Below, one piece after another: positions 51,583 through 58,164 of a stretch of DNA of 58,164 nucleotides (position 1 is its first letter; each line of letters begins with the position of its first letter). The notes below the pieces were generated by a model. It had not been told where the DNA came from, searched no databases, and worked only from the letters and a program-made list of their open reading frames with translations. Origin of the DNA: Bacilli bacterium. Its GTDB lineage: Bacteria; Bacillota_I; Bacilli_A; JAJDGJ01. Position numbers and translations under genes: made by a program. The stretch spans positions 1 through 58,164 of the forward strand of contig JAITPW010000084.1 in assembly GCA_031289255.1 (NCBI GenBank). The letters run 5' to 3'.

Positions 51583-52929
51583 TTAAGTTTTTTTCAACAT
51601 ATTAGTTATTTCATTTATTACTTGAGCAAATTCGATATTTTTTTCATCTAATTTAATTTTTATTTTATGATAACTAGACATGATAGTTGAATGATCACGA
51701 TTACCATATAATTTACCAATTTTTTCAAAAGGAGTTTCTAATAAAGTTCTTTCTAAGTAAATGGCAATATGGCGAGGAATAGATATATTTTTTTGTCTAT
51801 TTTTACTAATTATTTGAGCTTTACTTAAATTATAATAGTTACAAACACAATCAAGAATATTTTCACTAGTAACACAAGAATTAATATTATCTAATTGATA
51901 ATCTTTAAAAGCTTCACTAACAATTTCAAGATTAATAATCTCAGGATTATCTAAATCAATTAAATAAAATAATACTCTTCTTAAAGCACCTTCTAATTCT
52001 CTAACATCTTTAGAAAAATGAGTAGCAATAAATTTGAGAGCCTCATCACTAAAGACTGTCCCAGTAGCATCAAAATAGGATAATTTATTTTGAAGAATTT
52101 TTATACTCGTTTCAAAATGAGGTGGGCTAATAGAAATACTAAGACCTTGATTAAAACGGCTTATTAAACGATCTTCTAAGCCATTTAATTTACTAGGATT
52201 GACATCAGCGGTAATAACAACTTGTTTATTATGATTAAAAAGATTATTATAAATATTAAAGAACATTTCATTACTTTTTGTTTTTTCTTTTAAAAATTGT
52301 ATATCATCAATCAATAAGACATCTAAATTACGATATTTATTATTAAAACTATCAGTATTATTAGTATTAGGATTTTGTGAAAAAGCAACATAATCAGTTA
52401 CAAATTCTTCACTAGTTACATAAAGAACTCGCATATTAGGTTTATTTTTTAATATTGAATTTCCGATAGAATGAATTAAATGCGTTTTACCTAATCCGGA
52501 AGCACCATAAATAAATAAAGGATTATATAATTGACCTGGGGTATTAGCAACCGAAATAGCAGCTTTATAAGCTTGATTGTTAGATGGTCCTGAGACAAAT
52601 AAATCAAATGAGAAATTGGTTTTTAAATTAGTCGTAATTTGATTAATTGGTGATTCACTGATAACTTTACTGGCTAGTTCAGCAGTAGTTGTAAAGATGA
52701 CCTTAAAGTTGGTTTCACTAACTTTATTAAGACTAGTTTCAATGAAAGGAAGATGGGCTTCCATATACTGCTTGGCAATAATATCATCAACGATTATATT
52801 GACGATATTACTGTTGATCGAATCAATATAGGAATCTGCAAAAAATTCATTATAAATTAAATCATCATTTATTTCTTCACGAATAATAATTAAAGTATTG
52901 GACCATAAAAGATTGATATTATCATTCAT
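51583..52929 (-). CDS. dnaA: chromosomal replication initiator protein DnaA
   Basis: 448 aa with AAA+ Walker A GASGLGKTHL, LLIDDIQF, and a C-terminal box-binding helix region (RDHSTIMSSYHKI). Confidence 0.97.
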   Translation of the reverse strand: MNDNINLLWSNTLIIIREEINDDLIYNEFFADSYIDSINSNIVNIIVDDIIAKQYMEAHLPFIETSLNKVSETNFKVIFTTTAELASKVISESPINQITTNLKTNFSFDLFVSGPSNNQAYKAAISVANTPGQLYNPLFIYGASGLGKTHLIHSIGNSILKNKPNMRVLYVTSEEFVTDYVAFSQNPNTNNTDSFNNKYRNLDVLLIDDIQFLKEKTKSNEMFFNIYNNLFNHNKQVVITADVNPSKLNGLEDRLISRFNQGLSISISPPHFETSIKILQNKLSYFDATGTVFSDEALKFIATHFSKDVRELEGALRRVLFYLIDLDNPEIINLEIVSEAFKDYQLDNINSCVTSENILDCVCNYYNLSKAQIISKNRQKNISIPRHIAIYLERTLLETPFEKIGKLYGNRDHSTIMSSYHKIKIKLDEKNIEFAQVINEITNMLKKT

Positions 52930-52991
52930 AATTTATCACTTCCTTCACTAATAAATGGGTTAGAATGTACTTGGTATTTTAAATTATAAAG

Positions 52992-53296
52992 TATTCCACA
53001 ATAATAATCTATAATAAAAAGGATAAGCAAAAGTATTCCACAATATTATCCACAGCGATTAACAAGTTAAATAGGGAATAATAGATTCTTTTCCACATAA
53101 AAAGAAAATATTTATGAACATGTTAACATTAGAAAAAAAGTTTTCCACACATAAATGTGGAAAAAATAATATTATCATTATCATGAGAATAATAAATGGG
53201 GATAAAAAGAGTGATTATAAAGGGCTGAAATAATAGTTATCCACACTTTCCACAATTAATTATTAACATAATTATGGATTAAAAGTTTTATCAACA
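52992..53296. other. oriC part 1 / dnaA promoter region: cluster of DnaA boxes
   Basis: Perfect TTATCCACA boxes lie at 53046-53054 and 53237-53245. TTTTCCACA lies at 53089-53097 and 53141-53149, with an inverted partner TGTGGAAAA at 53156-53164. TATTCCACA lies at 52992-53000 and 53034-53042, CTTTCCACA at 53246-53254, and TTATCAACA at 53288-53296. Confidence 0.85.
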
Positions 53297-53355
53297 AGCT
53301 TAAATAGAATAGGAAAAGATAAATTATCTAATTAAGCGTTTTTTAAATTAGTAAG

Positions 53356-53364
53356 TGTTATAAT
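53356..53364 (+). promoter_or_regulatory. extended -10 element (TGTTATAAT) of the cysK leader transcript
   Basis: TGnTATAAT lies about 30 nt upstream of the leader-ORF start. I see no good -35 element. Confidence 0.5.
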
Positions 53365-53392
53365 AGGGAAAATTTAAACAGGAGTGTTTATT

Positions 53393-53452
53393 GTGAAATT
53401 ATTATTTTTAAATAATAATACTTGTTGTTGCTATAATCTATCTAAGTGGTGA
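53393..53452 (+). CDS. candidate Cys-rich leader peptide (19 codons, MKLLFLNNNTCCCYNLSKW)
   Basis: Not in the ORF track. AGGAG (53380-53384) lies 8 nt before GTG 53393. Codons TGT TGT TGC occupy 53423-53431 and TGA is at 53450-53452. The ORF lies inside the alternative-hairpin region upstream of cysK. Confidence 0.6.
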   Translation: MKLLFLNNNTCCCYNLSKW

Positions 53453-53487
53453 TTATAGAATTTTTTAATGTTAAAACATATCTTAAA

Positions 53488-53520
53488 GATCACTATTTTT
53501 AATAATAGTGGTCTTTTTTT
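53488..53520 (+). terminator. intrinsic terminator (attenuator) between the leader ORF and cysK
   Basis: GATCACTATT-TTTAAT-AATAGTGGTC forms a 10-bp stem with one G-U pair, followed by TTTTTTT (53514-53520). Confidence 0.75.
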
Positions 53521-53629
53521 AAGGAGTAAGAAAAATGAATAATTTTAGATTAAGACTCTGTCTTAAGCCCATTGGGCGTATCAATAGTTAAATCATTATC
53601 TAAAATAATAGAAAATAGAGGAAATTAAA

Positions 53630-54547
53630 ATGTTAGTAAATAAAATAGAAGAATTAATTGGGAATACTCCCATTATTAAATTAAATAAATTAGTTGATGA
53701 TAATAGTGCTGAAGTTTATGTCAAATTGGAAAGTTTTAATTTAACAGGCAATATAAAAATTAGACCGGCTTATTATATGATTAATGATGTTTTGCAGAAA
53801 GGTATATTAAGTAAGGATAATATCATTGTTGAACCAACTAGTGGTAATACAGGAATTGCTTTAGCTTATATTGCGAACTTGTTAGGAATTGAAATATATT
53901 TAATTATGCCTGAAACAATGAGTATTGAAAGAAGACAAATTATGGAAGCTTATCATGCTAAAATAATTTTAACAGAAGGTAAATTAGGAATGAAAGGGGC
54001 AATTGAAAAAGCTAATGAATTAGCTCAAGATCATAAATATGTCCTTTTACAACAGTTTAATAATCCTGCTAATACCTTGTCACATTATGAAACAACGGCT
54101 CAGGAAATAATTAATGATTTCAATAATCTTGATGCTTTCATCGCAGGAGTTGGGACCGGTGGTACTATTACTGGAATTGGAAAAAAATTAAAGGAAAATT
54201 ATGATAATATTAAAGTAGTAGCAGTTGAACCACAAGAATCAGCTGTCTTAAGTGGTAATAAAAGTGGACCTCATAAAATTCAAGGTATTGGAGCAGGATT
54301 TATTCCAGAAATATTAGATCTAAGTATCGTTGATGAAGTAGTTAGTGTTGCTTCTGATGAGGTCGTAGCATTTGTAAAAGAAATATATTTGCAAGAAGGT
54401 TTATTTCTTGGTATTTCTTCAGCAGCTAATATATTAGCTGCTCTACAAATTGCGAAACAATTAGGTAAAAATAAGAAAGTATTAACTATTGCCCCAGATG
54501 GTGGTGATAAATATTTAAGTAATAATATTTTTAATTATGATGAGTAA
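53630..54547 (+). CDS. cysK: cysteine synthase A / O-acetylserine sulfhydrylase family PLP enzyme
   Basis: 305 aa. It has the PLP-Lys region LTGNIKIR, the Asn loop PTSGNTGIALA, the phosphate loop GVGTGGTITG, and GISSAAN. Confidence 0.88.
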   Translation: MLVNKIEELIGNTPIIKLNKLVDDNSAEVYVKLESFNLTGNIKIRPAYYMINDVLQKGILSKDNIIVEPTSGNTGIALAYIANLLGIEIYLIMPETMSIERRQIMEAYHAKIILTEGKLGMKGAIEKANELAQDHKYVLLQQFNNPANTLSHYETTAQEIINDFNNLDAFIAGVGTGGTITGIGKKLKENYDNIKVVAVEPQESAVLSGNKSGPHKIQGIGAGFIPEILDLSIVDEVVSVASDEVVAFVKEIYLQEGLFLGISSAANILAALQIAKQLGKNKKVLTIAPDGGDKYLSNNIFNYDE

Positions 54548-54664
54548 GTAATTTAATAAAATTTTTAATAAATAGAAAAGGGCATGATTTATACTCTTTT
54601 CTATTATCTTTTAAGAGTATTTATAATAGTTTAATTTATTTAGAAAAAGCGTATAATAATAAAT

Positions 54665-57600
54665 ATGAAGATTTTAGAAATATTACCCCAATACCAATTA
54701 AGCAATAATTTTGTTGAATTAGATACTTTCGAAGAAGCTATTTTAATTACCAAGAATTTTGATAAAAGTAAGAGTATCCTGATTGTAAAAGATACTTTGT
54801 ATCAAGCTAATAAATTATATCTTGAATTATTAAATTATCTAGATGATGAAGAATTAGCTTTTTTTGCGTTTGATGAATCATTAGTAATAGAAACTTTAGC
54901 AGCTTCTGATGATTTAAAAATCAAGAATGCGGAATGTTTATATCGAATTGATCAAAAAAAGCCTTTAGTAATAGTAACTCATACTTTAGGTTTAATTAGA
55001 CCAATTATTAAACATGATATTTATCAAAAAAATAAACTAAAACTTAGAACTAATGATGAATTAGAAATTGAATTATTAAAGCAACATTTAATTAATTTAG
55101 GTTATCATAAAGTAAGTAAAGTAAGTAGTCTAAATGAGTTTGCCATTAGAGGAGATATTATTGATGTTTATGGTATCAATAGTTATTTACCAATAAGAAT
55201 AGAATTTTATGATGATATGATAGAATCGATGCGTACTTTTGATATTAATGATCAAAAATCACGTACTATCATCAATGAAACGACTATTTATAATGCCAGT
55301 TATTATGATTTTTTAAGTAAAGATCTTATTTTTAATAATATTAAAAGTATTGAAAGTGATGAAGAGATTTTAGATTATCTATTGATGATGAAAGAGACTA
55401 ATCTTTATTTATTTTATAGTCGTTATTATGGTTTAAATAATGATAGTGATTCCTTAATTGATTATCTTGATAATTTTTATTTAGTTACTTCTTCTTTAGA
55501 ACAAATTAAAAATAAAGCTCTTAATATTAGTAATGAAAGTACTAGCTATTTAAAGAATATGTTTAAAGAAAAAAAAGCTATTTATGATTTTAAAATATTT
55601 TTTCCCATTGAAGATGTTATTATTAAGAGCTATGATATTAAAACTTACCGAAGTAATAAAGACCAAGATTCATTAAATCTTTATGAATTAAGTAAGTTTG
55701 ATAATTTAAATATTTTTATAGATGAAGTAATTAATAAAATTAAAGATAATTATCAAATAGTTATCTGTTTAAATAAAAGTCATGAAAGAACAATCATTGT
55801 TGATTTATTAAATGATCATGATTTATTATTTAGTGATGATTATTTAAGTGATAGTAAGATACTATTATTTGATGAAGAATTAAGTCGTGGTTTTATTAAT
55901 AATGATTTAAAAATTATTGTTTATACGGATAAGGAATTATTTAATAAAGTTCTTAAGCGTAAAACCAGAAGAGTTAAATATGAAAATGCTATTGAAATAA
56001 ATAGTATTGATGATTTAAAGATCGGTGATTATATTGTTCATGATGTTCATGGTATTGGGAAGTATTTGGGGTTAATTCAACTTAAAGCTGATAAAATTTA
56101 TAAAGACTACCTTCATATTATTTATAAAAACAATGAAAAAGTTTATATTCCAATTGAGAAGTTTAATCTGATTAGAAAGTATAATGGTAAGGATGGTTAT
56201 GTTCCTAAAATTAATAATCTTGGTGGAAGTGAATGGACTAAAATAAAAAGAAGAGTTAAGCAAAAAATTGAGGATATGATGGATGAATTATTATCCTTAT
56301 ATGCGAGTCGAGTTAGTGAAGCAGGTTTTCAATTTAGTAAGGATAGTGATTTACAATTAACTTTTGAAAATGATTTTGAATATGAATTGACAAAAGACCA
56401 AAAAAGAGCTGTTAGTGAAGTTAAGGATGATATGGAATCTAAATTAGTAATGGATCGTTTAATTTGTGGTGATGTTGGTTTTGGGAAAACCGAAGTTGCT
56501 ATTAGGGCGATGTTTAAAGCTATTTTAGATGATAAGCAAGTTGCTTTTCTCTGTCCAACTACCATCCTTGCTCGTCAACACTATCTCACTTTGATTAATC
56601 GTTTTAGTGAGTATGGGATTAGAATAGTACTGGTAACAAGAAATACGACCGCTTCTATGATGAAGCTAATCATTGAGGATCTTATTAATAAAAAAATAGA
56701 TATAGTGGTTGGAACGCATCGTTTATTAAGTAATCAAATTAAATTTAATGATCTTGGTTTATTGATAATTGATGAGGAACAAAGATTTGGTGTTAGACAT
56801 AAAGAAAAAGTTAAACAAATCAAGCATAATGTTGATGTCTTAACTTTAAGTGCAACACCAATACCAAGAACCCTTCAAATGTCATTAACGGGGATTAGAA
56901 AGATGTCTTTACTACAAACTCCACCCGTTAATCGTATTCCTATTCAAACTTATGTGGTTGAAAAAAATCAATATTTAATAAAAGAGGTTATTGAACGAGA
57001 ATTAGCACGTGATGGACAAGTATTTTATCTCTATAATCAGACTAAAAATATTGATATGGTTGCTTGTAATTTAGAAAAAATGTTTCATGATGTTAAAATA
57101 GGTGTTATTCATGGGAAATTAAGCAAAGGTGAAATTGAAACAACAATGGAAAGATTTGATAGTAATATTTATCAAATATTAGTTTGTACGACTATTATTG
57201 AAACAGGAATTGATATTCCTAATGCTAATACAATTATTATTGAAGATGCTAATAAATTTGGGTTAGCCCAGCTTTATCAAATTAAAGGTCGAGTTGGACG
57301 AAGTGATCGAATTGGTTATGCTTATCTTCTATATCAAAAAGATCGTATTATCAATGAAGATGCTTTAAAAAGATTACAAGCTATTAAAGAATTAACACAA
57401 TTAGGTAGTGGTTATAAGATAGCTTTACGGGATTTAAATATTAGAGGAGCTGGTGATTTATTAGGTAAGAACCAAGCGGGTAATATTGATGCTATTGGAT
57501 ATGATATGTTTATTGAAATGTTAGAAGAAGAAGTAGCCCTTCGTAAAGGGATTAAAAATGATAAACAAGTAATTGAAAATATTGAGATTAGTAATACTGG

Positions 57601-58012
57601 TTATATTCCTGAAAATTATATAATTGATGAAAATAATAAGATTGAAATATATCAGAAGATTTATACAACTCAAGATGAAGCTAGCTTAGGAATAGTAAAA
57701 CAAGAATTAATTGATACTTATGGGAAATTACCAACTAGTATGGAAGATATTATTAGTAAGCATTTATTAGAAATATTGATGAGCCCTTTAAAAAATGTCA
57801 AATTAATAGATCGTAGCAATGATATTGAAATTCAAATAAAAACTAATAATATGGATAAAGTTTTTTTGAAAAAAATTATGGATTGTGTTGAAGAAGCCAG
57901 TATCTTATTTAAGTTAGTAATTAAAAATAATTATGTTAGTATTTTAAGAAAGAAAAATAAGAATTATTTAGCTGATTTGAATGATTTAATGCGAAAGTTA
58001 GGAAAGATTTAA
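54665..58012 (+). CDS. mfd: transcription-repair coupling factor
   Basis: 1115 aa. It has a CarD-like RNAP-interaction segment (GDYIVHDVHGIGKY), helicase motifs GDVGFGKTEVA and DEEQRFG, and a TRG-type GRVGRS. Confidence 0.95.
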   Translation: MKILEILPQYQLSNNFVELDTFEEAILITKNFDKSKSILIVKDTLYQANKLYLELLNYLDDEELAFFAFDESLVIETLAASDDLKIKNAECLYRIDQKKPLVIVTHTLGLIRPIIKHDIYQKNKLKLRTNDELEIELLKQHLINLGYHKVSKVSSLNEFAIRGDIIDVYGINSYLPIRIEFYDDMIESMRTFDINDQKSRTIINETTIYNASYYDFLSKDLIFNNIKSIESDEEILDYLLMMKETNLYLFYSRYYGLNNDSDSLIDYLDNFYLVTSSLEQIKNKALNISNESTSYLKNMFKEKKAIYDFKIFFPIEDVIIKSYDIKTYRSNKDQDSLNLYELSKFDNLNIFIDEVINKIKDNYQIVICLNKSHERTIIVDLLNDHDLLFSDDYLSDSKILLFDEELSRGFINNDLKIIVYTDKELFNKVLKRKTRRVKYENAIEINSIDDLKIGDYIVHDVHGIGKYLGLIQLKADKIYKDYLHIIYKNNEKVYIPIEKFNLIRKYNGKDGYVPKINNLGGSEWTKIKRRVKQKIEDMMDELLSLYASRVSEAGFQFSKDSDLQLTFENDFEYELTKDQKRAVSEVKDDMESKLVMDRLICGDVGFGKTEVAIRAMFKAILDDKQVAFLCPTTILARQHYLTLINRFSEYGIRIVLVTRNTTASMMKLIIEDLINKKIDIVVGTHRLLSNQIKFNDLGLLIIDEEQRFGVRHKEKVKQIKHNVDVLTLSATPIPRTLQMSLTGIRKMSLLQTPPVNRIPIQTYVVEKNQYLIKEVIERELARDGQVFYLYNQTKNIDMVACNLEKMFHDVKIGVIHGKLSKGEIETTMERFDSNIYQILVCTTIIETGIDIPNANTIIIEDANKFGLAQLYQIKGRVGRSDRIGYAYLLYQKDRIINEDALKRLQAIKELTQLGSGYKIALRDLNIRGAGDLLGKNQAGNIDAIGYDMFIEMLEEEVALRKGIKNDKQVIENIEISNTGYIPENYIIDENNKIEIYQKIYTTQDEASLGIVKQELIDTYGKLPTSMEDIISKHLLEILMSPLKNVKLIDRSNDIEIQIKTNNMDKVFLKKIMDCVEEASILFKLVIKNNYVSILRKKNKNYLADLNDLMRKLGKI

Positions 58013-58105
58013 TTTTTTGATATATATATATTTTGTTTAATAGACAACAAATGATATAATTAAAAAGATTTAGTATTAATTTTTCAGAGATAAATTTTTT
58101 TAAGG

Positions 58106-58164
58106 ATGATGTTAGTGAAAAAAATAATAAAACAATTTGTATTAAGTAATGGTTATTTAAAAAA
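58106..58164 (+). CDS. 5' end of an unidentified ORF running off the window
   Basis: AAGGA is followed by in-frame ATG 58106, ATG 58109 and GTG 58115, reading (MML)VKKIIKQFVLSNGYLK. A TGATATAAT extended -10 lies at about 58060. The fragment is too short to identify. Confidence 0.3.
   Translation, partial: MMLVKKIIKQFVLSNGYLK

Noticed and set aside
53300-53345. ATAGGAAAAG just upstream of the cysK leader promoter, considered as a CymR operator (consensus ending ATMGGAATTW).
   Set aside because: Only the ATAGGAA core matches. The upstream 17 nt do not fit the TAAWNCN2ANTWNAN3 part of the consensus as I remember it.

Overview
Strongly AT-rich, standard-code (TGA is a stop, Trp is TGG) Bacillota-type chromosomal segment. 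My guess is an Erysipelotrichia- or Clostridia-like low-GC organism, held with low confidence. The window spans the replication origin. The canonical block dnaA-dnaN-yaaA-recF-gyrB-gyrA lies on the minus strand at 44.4-52.9 kb. DnaA-box clusters sit upstream of dnaA (about 52.99-53.30 kb) and in the dnaA-dnaN spacer. Gene orientation switches at about 53 kb: almost everything to the left is on the minus strand, and cysK and mfd to the right are on the plus strand. The remainder is mostly housekeeping: the start of the atp operon, upp, rpiB, tsaC, csp, rpsP-khpA-rimM-trmD, frr-pyrH-tsf-rpsB, gltX, T-box-controlled serS and ispF. There is also a complete histidine-degradation operon that runs through formimino-THF (hutH-hutU-ftcD-hutI-fchA-fhs). 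Accessory content consists of two ABC exporter loci, a lipoprotein, a putative wall-anchored surface protein, a tandem pair of AlaX-M-like tRNA-editing paralogs, and a plus-strand (head-on) block encoding VanZ-RDD, a MORN-variant repeat protein, GNAT, a Y-family polymerase and YolD. I found no rRNA, tRNA, CRISPR array, transposase or integrase. The most interesting signal is not in the ORF track. Upstream of cysK there is a Shine-Dalgarno-preceded 19-codon mini-ORF with three consecutive Cys codons. It is embedded in a four-segment alternative-hairpin arrangement that ends in an intrinsic terminator, which looks like a trp-style, cysteine-sensing leader-peptide attenuator. All calls rest on reading motifs and hand-folding; no database search or folding program was run.
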